From the NCBI RefSeq assembly GCF_009914755.1, contig NC_060947.1: DNA of 64,000 bases. One strand, 5' to 3'. Shown here one piece after another: positions 26,732 to 39,912 of the stretch. The notes below the pieces were generated by a model, which was given only the letters and a program-made list of their open reading frames with translations, searched no databases and was not told the origin of the DNA. The translations under genes and the position numbers were made by a program. Source of the stretch: the human T2T-CHM13v2.0 reference genome, Homo sapiens. Numbering within the stretch: the first letter of the stretch is position 1; each line of letters opens with the position of its first letter.

Positions 26732-27726
26732 TCAGGAACCTGCAGTAACGTTTATAACTGACCAGTTTGCTGGGCCATCTTGAACAGCAGGCTTACAGGT
26801 GTCCTAGGCCCACATTCTGTCCTAAGGTACTGCTCTCCATTATAGAATACAGAAAGACACACAAAGCATGCCAAAATAGCTACAGCTTAAGACTAGCCTC
26901 ACAAATCCTTTTTTCCCATTAATCAAAACTTTACAGGAGACAAACAGTGATTTTTACCATTCATTCAACCAGTTTGCACAGAGAGAGAGATAGAGAGAGA
27001 GACAGTGACACAGAGAAGAGAAAAGCATTGCCTGAGGCAGGATGGGGAAGGCAAGCCGCTCAGGGAGGACAGAGAAAGACCCACCCATTGCAGTGGCACT
27101 GAAAAATTCAGGCGGCCACTTGTCGGTAGCAAAGGGATAAGTTTCCAACCGTCCCATCAGCTCTCAAGTTTCCCCTTTTTGGGGAGGAAAAAGTTCCCCA
27201 TGTCCCACACTCCTGTGCATGCCTAACCTTGTCACCCACTGCCGTCAGCAAATAGTACACGGCAGGTTAATCCAAAGAGAATAGCAGTTAGCATCCCATA
27301 TTGCCAAACCTGTTCTTAGGCGAAAGGGACTTTACCAATAGGGACTTTACTGAGAGGGGCCTCTAACCCCCTAAATCTTAGAAAGGACTCTAACCCTCCT
27401 AAGTTGGGCCTCTAGCCCAAGGTCAGTCAAGCATCTTTGCCTTTTATTAACAGGGGCCTTTAACCCACCCTGTCTTAGGAGAGACTCTAACTCCCCTAAG
27501 TTGGGCCTCTAACCCGATCCCATACTTTACTGGGGTATATGCACCCCACTTACCCAAAGTCAGCCAATCAGTGCTGCAGTCTACTTCCTTTGAGTCAGGA
27601 AGTTTCCTCAGTATCGTCCCTTTTGTGATTCTCGAGAAAGATGTTACCAGACCGCACCACTTACCCAAAGTTAGCCTTTGGGTTGGGAGTTTAGCACTAT
27701 AGTCCATTTCATGATTGCCAGAAAGA

Positions 27727-28275
27727 TATTACAGAAAAGGGGTCCCGATCCAGACCCCAAGAGAGGGTTCTTGGATCTGGTGCAAGAAAGAATTCAGGGC
27801 GAGTCCATAAAGTGAAAGCAAGTTTATTAAGAAAGTAAAGGAATAAAAGAATGGCTACTCCATAGACAGAGCAGCCCTGAGGGCTGCTGATTACCCATTT
27901 TTACGGTTATTGCTTGATGATATGCTAAACAAGGGGTGGGTTATTCATCCCTCCCCTTTTTAGACCATATAGGGTAACTTCCTGACGTTGTCATGGCATT
28001 TGTAAACTGTCATGGCGCTGGTGGGAGTGTAGCAGTGAGGACGATCAGAGGTTACTCTTGTGGCCATCTTGGTTTTGTTGGGGTTTGGTTGGCTTCTTGA
28101 ATGCAACCTGTTTTATCAGTAAGGTCTTTATGACCCGTATCTTGTGCCGACCTCCTATCTCATCCTGTGACTTAGAATGCCTTAACCATCTGGAAATGCA
28201 GCCCAGTAGGTCTCAGCCTCATTTTACCCAGCTCCTATTCAAGATGGTGTTGCTCTGGTTCACACACCTCTTACA
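27727..28275 (-). mobile_element. MER41A 5' LTR
   Basis: Near-identical to 22385-22943, followed on the minus strand by the PBS. CTTT TSD at 22381-22384 and 28276-28279. Confidence 0.92.
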
Positions 28276-28698
28276 CTTTGTAAGTTTCTGCATATAGTTC
28301 CTGCACATATTTTGTTAGATATACCCAAATACTTCACTTTTTGGTTCTATTGCAAATGCTATTTTTTAAGATGTCAAATGTTAATTTCCAGTTTTTCATT
28401 GCTGGAATACAGGAATGCAATTGACTTTTGAATATTGTCCTTGCATCCCTTTGTATCCTACAACTTTGCTAAACTCAGCTTTCATTTACAGAAATTTTTG
28501 TTTTTAGATTAAGATTTTTGTGTAGACAATCATGTCATTTGTGAATAAAGACAGTTTTATTTCTTCTTTTCTAGTGTGTATGTCTTTTATTTCTTTTTCT
28601 TACCTTATTGTACCAGTTAGGTCTTACTCTAAGTTAAAAAGTTACTATTTTATTCAGGGCCCTGGGATCTGTTTTCAAGGATACATTTTAAAAGTTTC

Positions 28699-29002
<304 letters not shown>

Positions 29003-29058
29003 TCAAGCAGTTACTTATTGGGTGATAGTCTGATTATTCAAAGAGCCTCCAACATTTC

Positions 29059-29566
29059 TTTTTTTTTTTTAAATTATACTTTAAGTTCTAGGGTACATGT
29101 GTACAACGTGCAGGTTTGTTACATATGTATACGTGTGCCATGTTGGTGTGCTATAAATCATGCTGCTATAAAGACACATGCACACATATGTTTATTGCGG
29201 CACTATTCACAATAGCAAAGACTTGGAACCAACCCAAACGTCCATCAATTTTAGACTGGATTAAGAAAATGTGGTGCATATACACCATGGAATACTATAC
29301 AGCCATAAAAAGGATGAGTTCACGTCCTTTGTAGGGACATGGATGAAACTGGAAACCATCATTCTCAGCAAACTATCACAAGGACAAAAAACCAAACACC
29401 GCATGTTCTCACTCATAGGTGGGAAATGAACAATGAGAACACTTGGACACAGGAAGGGGAACATCACACACCGGGGCCTGTTGTGGGGTGGGGGGAGGGG
29501 GGAGGAATAGCATTAGGAGATATATCTAATGTAAATGATGAGTTAATGGGTGCGGCACACCAACAT
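29059..29566 (-). mobile_element. Short L1PA4-like insertion with a 5' inversion (twin priming)
   Basis: Poly-T and antisense L1 3' terminus at 29059-29151, then plus-strand L1 3' region at 29152-29566. TSD CCAACATTTCTT at 29049-29060 and 29560-29571. Confidence 0.93.
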
Positions 29567-29804
29567 TTCTTAAAAGAATTTCTGTTGTTGGTGATGGAAT
29601 CAGATTAAAACCACTGGTATTCCTCAGGAGGCAGGAGGGGACTATAAAATCTTTCCCCTGAATTAAAGAGGGGAAACCAGAAAATTTGAGAAGGTAGTGT
29701 GACATGGCAGTGATACTGCATTTTTACATACATCAGATAATACCTCAGAACATGTATCATTCCATTTGGTGCTCGTGAGAACTCTGAGAGGTCAGTATTA
29801 TTAA

Positions 29805-30096
<292 letters not shown>

Positions 30097-31254
30097 TATT
30101 AAATTCTTTACGTATAGGAAATCAGAATTCAGACAACGACATGTTCTATCTAAGCGTACGTGGCTTTGTAACTCTTCATTTAATATTCTAAGAATAACTG
30201 ATCTATTTAGATATCCTGATTTATGAGTTAGGGAAGCTCTGGCCTCTTCTGTTAAGTGCTGGGACCAGTCTATATTATGTGGCAGTTTTACATATTGTCT
30301 TATTGGTGTACAAGAGTTGGAATAAAAGTTTCTGGCAAACTGTCGTTTTGCTTTTATGTAATAAACTGTACACCAGGGAGCTGTACTTTCTCTGACACCT
30401 TGCCCCTTTAAACACGACACTGTAAGTACTGGATTCTTTGATAGCCGAGCAGATAAATGATTTCCACTAAGTTATTCCACTGCTCTGCCACTCTATGGTT
30501 CTGACTGCACAGAAAGTTCAAGGGCACAGAAGTGTTTATGATACATGAGGCTCTCAAACACAGAGTCTAGGGACCCCAGGGTTGGACTCGATCTTGCTAA
30601 AAGGCATAGAAAATGCGAAAATGCCATAGCTATTGTGTTCCACTTTCATTCAGGAATCCTCCAGATGCCTGCTGGGTGAGTTTATGTATGATTGATGTCT
30701 TTTCTTCAGTGATATTGGCTTTAAATAGTAATCTAAGTTTGTCTTTTTTTGGCAAAACCTTCACAAATCCAACTTCTTTTGTATTCTGACTGCTTTTTCT
30801 TTTTTTTTTTTTTTTTTAACCTTTAGGACAACACTTCTCACTGCTTTACAACAGAAATATTTGTTTCACAGTTTCTTCCTACCCCTCTCCCCTATTAGGC
30901 TGTATGCTTTCTGAGGACTGGCTCCTTGTCTTATGGATCATTGTATCATCAATGTTGAGGACAAGACTTAGAACCAGAGTGAACACTGAATAAATAATTG
31001 CTTAATGGAATTGAAGAGTACATTTTTTATTTGTTCTAGATTCACAGCAACAAAATTTTTTTTTTTAAGTTTTTTTCATTATTAGACTTGTTTTTCTGAT
31101 AAGTTAAGCAGAAAATGGTATGAGACTTGGGTAGTAGGCAACTGTTGGCTATTCCTCTAGCTATCCTATAAGGAGGAGCAAAGTTGGCCTTGTTGTTGCT
31201 GTCTCTCCAGTGGAGTTGTCTGTTGTGGGGACAAATTTCTCACAACTCACTGGA

Positions 31255-33450
31255 CCATACAGTCAAGGTGTTCCATATGCCCATAGTGTGAAAGACAAGG
31301 TCTCTGCCTTCAAACAATTTGTAGTTTCTATAGATAATAAGAAAATAGCCCAATAAACAAACAAAGCCATAATTGCAGGCTGTTGTGATATGAAAGACAT
31401 AAACAGGGTGGTGTCTTAGAGTGTGGTCAGGGAGAAGGGTGGCTGCTTTGGAAAGAATTCTCAGGAAAGACATCTCTGAAGACATGACATTTGTCCTGAT
31501 ATCGGAATGAACAACAACAACAAAAAAATGCCAGCCACATGAAGAGCTGAGAAAAGAGCACTCCAGGCAGAGGAATCAGCAAGCACAAAGGTGTTAATGT
31601 GAGAAAGAACTTTACTTCTTTGAGTAACAGAAAGGAGACCAGTATGATTGAGGTGATAAGAAGAGAGGTATACAATGAGATTGGAAAATTGTCAGGGGCC
31701 AGATCTTAGGAGGCCATGTACCTCATGAGAAGGAGTGGGAATTGTATTCTCAGTGTGATGGAAAGGCATGAATGGGTTTTAAGCAGAATGACATGAACTG
31801 ATTTCTTTGGGAATTATCCCACTGTTTGGAGATTAGACTCTTGGTTGTGAAGGGCAAGAGTAGAAGCAGAAATATCAATTAGGAAGTTGATGACACCATC
31901 CACAGTGACTTGGACTATTCTGGCAGCAGTAAGGAAGGAGAGAGGTGAATGGATTCGGGGATATAATTTGAAGTAGGTTGACAAAACTTGCTGATGCATT
32001 GTATATGAATGATTACAGAATAGAAAGAATCAAAGATAACTCATTGGTTTTTGGTTTTAGCAACTGGAGGAATGATAGTGCCGCTTACTGACACATGAAA
32101 GACTGAGGAATAAGCAGACATTTGTTTGTTGAGTAGACAATCAGGAGCTTGGGCCATATTAAGTTTGAACTGTAGCAGACAATTATGTGGAGATGTTGAG
32201 AATATAATAATCTGCAGTTCAGAGAAGGGTGAAAGCTAAAGCTATAAATTTGGTGTATGACTGATAGTTAAAGCCATATGCCTGGGTGAGATATTTTAGG
32301 GATAAAGTATTTTTAGAGAAGAGTACCCATCAACATTGGGATCCCTCAACATTGAAAGGCTATGAAGAAGAGGATGATAATAGTAAACAAATTGAGAAGT
32401 ATGAAGAAAGTAGGTAGAGTATGAAGAAAATCAGGAGAGTGTAATGTTTTGAATGCTGAGAGATGAATGTGTTTTAAGAAAATGAGTTTTTAAGACAATA
32501 ACAGGGAAGAGTCACTGAATTTAAAAGCACGAGGATTATTGGTTATCATAAGAAAAAGATTAGAATGCTCAAGTCAATTGCTACTAACTTCTCAAAGCAG
32601 AACAAGGTGAGGCCATCTGTTGAAAGTGTGTGGATGAGGCTCTGACAGGTTTGAGGAAAAATATAAAGGTACAAAATGGAGATGATGAAAGCAAATGTAT
32701 TGGGGGAAACGTAGAATTTCCAGGCACCATATAGTGTCCATATGAGGACTGTGATGATGAATTTAAAGAGGATTTTCCCAGGCAATATTTTTCAAAGCAA
32801 TATTCAGATGCTTAGTTTTCCATGTGAGAAAATGACATATTTCACTTCAACCAAGTTTGAAATTTTGTTCCTTGCTCAGAGGGATAGAAGGACTAGTGTA
32901 TAAGAAGGGGGTGGCTATAGTGCTTGACGATGGGATATAATTTGGGTAAAGGAGTGAGGAAGTGAAAATGGTGTTGGGACTTAAAAATGTGATGGGGTCA
33001 ATGCATTGGAGATTACAATGTAGTTGAAAAATTGTTGGAGTAGGGGTACAGGAGAGAGACTGAAATCAAGATTTCAGATGTGGTGCAGTTATGGTAATGC
33101 TAAGCATGAGTGTGTATACATGGGAAGTGGGTGACTGAGGTGAGGTGGAGGGAGAGACAACTGGAGGAAGTCAAGAAGCTGTGAATTCAGAATATTGGAC
33201 ATTTCATGTGTGTGGTAACTGGTATCACTAAACATTATAACTGGACAGAAGTGGAAATGGTGTCAGGGAACCATAGGCAAAGATTTCAGTGAATGAAAAG
33301 ACACCAGGAGGTCATTAGTTGGAGGCAACTAGGAGAGGTAGCAGGTGATTTCATTGATTGTGTGAGGTTTTAACGAGTTGGGGATTTTGAAGAAAAGAGA
33401 AGACATGATTTTGAAGCGGCAGTGAGAAATAAGACTGCCCCTAGCTCTGG
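31255..33450 (-). mobile_element. Long decayed L2 (L2a-like)
   Basis: Purine-rich antisense L2 motifs: CTCCAGGCAGAGGAATCAGCAAGCACAAAGG, GTGTGATGGAAAGGCATGAATGGGTTTTAAGCAG, AAAGAATCAAAGATAACTC. Confidence 0.8.
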
Positions 33451-34352
33451 GATTCTAGGATTATGAAAGGAAAAAAATCACTTTTGAGAGTTGCACACCC
33501 TCATGGGACAGGCAGGTCACAATTAAGATGAGGAGGTAGAGGGATGGTTCTGGGAAGAGGTAGAAGATATACAACAGATTGAATAGGAAATAAGTCCCCA
33601 AAAGCTTAGAAGTGATAGGTAGGGGATTGAGTCAAATTATACAGAGCAATATAGAAAGGATGTATAGAAAAGATGAGTGAGGTAAGCAAGGATGTGAAGC
33701 ATTATGGAATTAGTCATTATGGTCTCGTATAAGCGGGTGGGCAATAGTTCAAATTATAGATCCACATACTATACTCAATTCAATGATTTGGTGGTTATGT
33801 GTCTGATTGGCAAGGGCTCAGGTGTTAGAAGTGTTCTCACGAAGAATACAAAGAGATTTGATGGCCTTTGGGGTAAGTGGACAGTCATACAAGCTTATCA
33901 CGTTGTGACTTTCTGAAGAAGAAGGCCATGTGAGGGGCATCCTCTCCCCCTAGTGAAATATTTGGAACTTTCAAAACACAGATTCTCTGTGGGAATCTCT
34001 GTGGGACAGATTCTCCCTTTGTGCTTATGAACATGGAGAAATGGTATCTAACTTAGTACCACTGAGCCTTGTATGTTGTGCAGCTTCTGACTTCTTGGAA
34101 TGTGCTTTTTTCTGAGAATGTATGATTCATCACAAGCCAAAGTGATATGAGATAAATCCTGTGCCTTTAGACACCAATTTCCTTTCCTAAGAAGTGGATT
34201 CCAACCCTGCTCAGGTAGAGTTGTCATTGGTGGCTTAGATGTATACTGCAGGGACACATAAGCCTTGCTAAGGAAGGAAGGTTGCTCCTTACAACCATCC
34301 CATGTCTGGGTGGCAGGTATCATACCACTCTTTACAGTGGGATAATTTTTAC

Positions 34353-34915
34353 TGAAGGAAATACAAACATTTTACCCCCAAATATATTTCTTTGACATAG
34401 TTTGAGATGGCTGTTAGAGGGCCAGCAAACAGAAGTGGTCCTGTAATGCTGTCTTCTTCGGGAAAATTTTTTATCTGTAGAGAATCTATATTAAAGCAGC
34501 CATGCATTTTCTTGTCCAGATCTAGAAAAGATTAACTGAGGGCCTGACACCTTTAAAGGTCTAAAACAAAATTTACCATCTATTCTCTCTAAGGGCTACT
34601 ACCTGTGAGATTTCATTTACCTAACAAGACCACCTTTGCTACCCAAGTCTCCTCTTTTCTCTGTCTCATCACCTCTCTTGCCATTATTACCTGATTTACC
34701 ACCATAACCATTTTTGACCATGCTTTGAGCTCCCATTCTTTTTGTAAGCTCAAGATGATATATAAGCTTCTGCACCTCATTGGGTGTTCGGGTTTTCATT
34801 CTGAAGGCTCCCGTGTCATATAAAACTATGATTAAATAAATGTATATGCTTTCTCTCTTATTAATCTATCTTTTGTGAGTTGATTTTTCAGTGAAGCTTT
34901 CCCTTTGTTCCTTCA
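34353..34915 (+). mobile_element. MER4-group ERV1 solo LTR (LTR29/MER34/MER39-like)
   Basis: Starts TGAAGGAAATACAAACATTTTACCCCCAAATATATTTCTTTGACATA, has TATATAAG and AATAAA, ends in CA. Confidence 0.75.
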
Positions 34916-35159
34916 CTGGTTCCTGCTCTAGGGTGCCAACTACCCTTATTCTTCTATCCACTTTCCTGTCCATCCTACTCTTACTCTCACATTCTTCTAG
35001 GAATGGGAATGTCTTTCCTTTTGGGCCATGTTAGGGCCATCTGCCAGGTTTCCTGGGGGTAGGACTGAATCTGTCTCTACCAGCTCCTGGACATCATTTG
35101 CTCATTGTGATTATTTCTTTACCTTGACAGCTCTACCTCTGGTGCCCACCCTGACACTG

Positions 35160-35468
<309 letters not shown>

Positions 35469-36109
35469 TGACACTGATTTAAGTACACTTCTTGTTGAAG
35501 TAGGTATGGACAATAAAATGCACACAGGTTATAAGCCTGTCATTCAATAATTTTTTCAAAAGTAAATACACTTATTTCTGCATCAGTCATACCAAGCATG
35601 CCACAGACCCTCTTCATGGTCCTTTCTTGTCACTACATCCCTCCCTTCAAAGTTATTACTGTCTTGAATTTTATGCCACTCTCAATGTGTATGCTGATAT
35701 TTATTCTACTGCTCTAATATCAAATGCAGTGTGTCTTTCCTTTAGCTGACTTAACTATTTGAATGCCCAGATTGTGCAACAGGACCTCACCTTGACTGTA
35801 GGTGTAGTAGACTTGTGTGATTTTAGGCTTCTTGAAGTAGCCAATCTATTAATAAGTTAATGTATGTTACTGCAAGAATTGTCCAAGTTTGTGTACTCTG
35901 GTTAAAAATGTTACATTAGCACATTTCTATGGTTTGATAATTTGAGTAGGCTCTAGATAAGCTGCTTGTGAGGATAAGGTCTTCTTTTGTGCTTACTGGA
36001 TATATAAATTACATTTAGACTTAAGATTCAATACCATTCTGGACCTGAGAAATACATGCTCCAATAAATTCCAAAATCATTTGTTTCCTCACATTCTCAC
36101 ATAACACAA

Positions 36110-36580
36110 TGTCTCCCTTTTATCTCCCCCTGCCTGTACCACTAAATCTCTAAACTCATCTCCTATTACTCTTGCTCTTGTTCACTCCGCTCCAACCTCA
36201 ACTATGCCAGGACAACTCCCATCTCAGGTCTTTGTACTTGCTGTTCCTTCTGCATGAAACTTTCTTCCTCCAGGAATACAAATGGTTCACTCTCTCAATT
36301 CTTTAAAAAGTTTTAAATTAATTGTCGCCTTCTCTGTGAAGCCTTCCTTGGTTTTCCTATCTAATATTCCCCTCCTCTGCAATTTAAGATTTTTTGTTTT
36401 TCCTTTCTGTACTTTCTTTTTCTCATGGGTGTTGATTAATAACATAGCATGTATTTTACTTTGTTTATCTATCTTTCCCTACTGTAATGCAAGCTCCAGG
36501 AGTGCATGAATAGATGTCTGTTTTGTTCATCACTTTATCTCCAACACCTAGAAGAGTCCTTGGTGCATAGTACATACTCT
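36110..36580 (+). mobile_element. L2 3' fragment
   Basis: CTCAGGTCTTTGTACTTGCTGTTCCTTCTGC and TGTCTGTTTTGTTCATCACTTTATCTCCAACACCTAGAA. Confidence 0.75.
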
Positions 36581-37249
36581 ATCTAGAGGTAGAGCCACCA
36601 TCCCTGTCTCTGCAAGTGAGCCCAGGCTGACAATGAATATTAACAGGACGGTCTACTAAAACTGCCATTCACTGCTGCTTCATGGTACCTAGTTATGTAC
36701 ATAAATAAGTAGGTTATAACCAGGCCATAGTGCAAAAGGTGTACCATACATAAACTCTTCAAACTTAGCTACTGGCCCTTAATCTCACACCAATAGTTGT
36801 TCTTTCAGTGCCTTATTGTTGGATATTTAGATTATTTTCAATTTTTGATGCTATAAATACTGCTGCAATAGACATCTTTGTGTTGTAACCTTGGTGAGAC
36901 TCCTATTATATTCATTTTGGTATCCCCTCTATACCTAGAATAATTCCATGCTGATAGAAGTTATTCATAACGGTTGATTAAATGAATTAAATCTGAGTGG
37001 GTAGAAATGCTTACTGTCCTATATTGATTTATTAATTCTTATTGTCAATTGTCTGCCAATGCTAGGTCAACCAGTCAGTAATATCTGCCAGTTATTTCTT
37101 TCCTTCAACGGTAATTTTTGACCATTTATTATATGACAGATGCTATTCTAGGAACTGTGGATACAGTCATGAAGAAACAAAAATGATTTAGGTCTCTATC
37201 CCTATGGAGCTTGTAGTTAAGCAGGGAAAATAAACCTTAAATAGGCATG

Positions 37250-37597
37250 TGTGATGGCTAACTGCATGTGTCAACTTGGGTAGGCTACTGTGCCCAGTTG
37301 ATTGGTCAAACACCAGTCGAGATGTTGTTATAAAGGCATTTTTTAAATATATGGTCAACATGTAACTGTTGTAGTACTTTGGGGAAAGTAGATTACCCTC
37401 CATAATGTGGATGGGCCTCATATAATCAGTTGAAGACCTTAAGACACAAAGACTGCGGTCTCCCAAAGAAGAAGTTCTCAAGACTGCAGCAGACATCCTG
37501 CCTGTGTTTTTAGCCTGTGGGGTTTGGACTCAAGTTCCCAACACCAACTCTCATCTGAATCTCCAGCCTGACAGCCTGAAGAACACTGACTAATAGA
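37250..37597 (+). mobile_element. MLT2D-like ERVL LTR inserted in an antisense L2 (about 37090-37920)
   Basis: Starts TGTGATGGCTAACTGCATGTGTCAACTTG and ends GAACACTGACTAATA. Confidence 0.8.
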
Positions 37598-37939
37598 ACA
37601 GGTGTATAATTATTTAGACATAAACTATGATAAGTGCCATTAATAGTATGTCTATCAGTGAGTCTAATCAGGAACTTCGTTTTGATTAATTCAGGGATTG
37701 CCTTTTTGAAGAAGTAACTTTAAAATATATACTAGATGCACAGACATGCTGCAGGTAAAGAAGGATTTATGCAAGCAGAAGGAACCCAAGATCTGAACAT
37801 CCTGTGATGAGTGGTTCATTTATAGTTAGAGTGTGTTAAATGAGCAGGTGAGTGCTGTGAGATGAGACTGGAGAGACAAGCAGGGGCTAGCTGTGCAAGA
37901 TCTTGTAAGGTTATGATCATGATATTCTTCCAAAGTCAG

Positions 37940-38105
37940 TTACCAGCTGTCTGACCTTGGAAAAGTCAGTTAATCTTCCTAAGCTTCTGCTTCTTGATTT
38001 ACAATATGGGGGCAATAAGGCCTCTCCAAGGTAAGAAGTCAATTAGATAATGTATGTAAAAAGACCTAACCCAATGCCTGGCACAGAATAAGCACTCAAG
38101 ACATG
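37940..38105 (+). mobile_element. MIR
   Basis: Core TGACCTTGGAAAAGTCAGTTAATCTTCCTAAGCTTC and 3' ATGCCTGGCACAGAATAAGCACTCAA. Confidence 0.75.
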
Positions 38106-39734
38106 AATACAGTTATTCTCTTTCCAGTTAAATCTATCCTGCCTTTAAGATGCAGTTCAGTACTCATATCCTCCATGTAGATTTTCTTAACAAGTCTGGT
38201 ATGCCTCAAACTTTTTCTTTTCTGAAATCCAATTATGTCAAGAGTCTTTTTGAGGTTTCACCCTTATTGTTTCAAACTATGTTAACTCCTCCAGCTTATT
38301 TCTAAGATATTAAAGGCCAGAACTCGAGGCTATCAATTTTCTGCAGCCTCCATTCCACCATAGTAATTTGGTAAATTGGCTGATAACTCATGCTGCTCAT
38401 TGCTTCTTTCATAGTATTTCTTTCACAGTCTCACTCAGCCTCTCTAGCCACTTTTGCAAGAGGCTCACTTGGGGTTAGAGGCACAGTTAGAGACTTGAAA
38501 TGTGAGCAAAAGTCTATTGGCCCATTTGGGGATAGAAGCCAGTACCTTCACCTTGAGCACAGGGTGACATTTAAATGACCTTTTAGGATATGACACAAGC
38601 ATTTTGGAATGTTTGTCACAGTTTTATAGCGTACACCACAAGACATCATTCAGGCTTATTTTCCATCTTTTGTTCCTTTTTTCTTTCCCCCAGAAGATCT
38701 GATAAACTATGCCTCCGGTTTCATCTCTTTTCTCTGTGCCATATTTAACGGAGTTGTTTTGTATTCATATCAAGGCGTGGGAGTGGGGTCCAATGAATTA
38801 CATTTGGTATTCTAAACATTTAATTTGTTAACTTGTAAGCAAACTTTCAAGAAGTTAAGCTTTCTGTCTCTCAGTTGGGGAGGAGAAAGAATTTCCCTTT
38901 TAACTTACTTGTCACTTGAACATCTTCAGGCTATTTGTGAATGCCAAGACCAACCTGTGGGAAATCCTGAAGTTTTGCTGGCTCTCTTTCTCTCAGCAGG
39001 GATAGGAAATATATTTCTATATGCCTGACACTTCCTTCAGCTACTAAGAGAGTTGTTTTTGTGTGTGTTATCCAGCATATTTTCAAACTTGAATGGCATA
39101 CCAAGAAGCCTCGAAATAATAATTTACCTCTTTTCCTTTGTGCATATAGCAAATATTTCTTACTAAGTTGAACACGGAATGTGTAAACTGGAAAATTACA
39201 CGATAGCAAAATTTAAGTTGAAGAATTAGATGCACTTAAATTACTTAAAGGAATGACCTGGCTAGCAGTTGTTATTAAAGTTGCAGTTCTATTCAACATG
39301 GAATATGCTTAATAAAGTCAATATCTCTTTTTAGAAGCATTTTAATTTGCTTTTTTTTTTCTACCTTGAGTAGCTCTGAATCCTCACAGGAAGAAACATT
39401 AGGTACTATACATTGCCTCATAAGTCAAGTAGTTACTGTTTGTTGCATTGGTTGAAAATAATGCGGGATTTTCAAGCCAGAATTTAATCAATGTTACCAG
39501 GTAATTGTTCTTGTGAGAAAAGGATAAAAAGGATTTTGACTATTTGGGATAAGTTCAAAAAATAATTAAATGGGAAAGAATGACTAGTTACAAGAGTATA
39601 TAACAATGGTGTCTCAAGCCAGTGTCTATATTTTAGGCAGAATATTAACATGGAATGGCCTCCACCTTGAGCAACTGGGGACCTTCTCAGTGAGAAGAGA
39701 GACGGATTGATCAAGAACCATATAGAGGCCTAAT

Positions 39735-39912
39735 AGCCATTGTTCTGGACAGGGAATCTGGGCACCTGAATTTGACTCCCAGTTTCACTCACTTACTGCC
39801 TTGCCTAATCATAGACAGGTCACTTATGCTCTTGGAATCTCTATTTCCCCTGGAAATGATTAATACATTGAGTATCATGGGAAATAATAGATATGTGAAA
39901 ACACCTAGCTCA
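39735..39912 (+). mobile_element. MIR
   Basis: GGAATCTGGGCACCTGAATTTGACTCCCAGTTTC...GATATGTGAAAACACCTAGC. Confidence 0.6.

Noticed and set aside
30795-30830. Plus-strand splice acceptor after a poly-T tract
   Set aside because: A T homopolymer followed by AG with no convincing downstream donor, leading into L2-like sequence.
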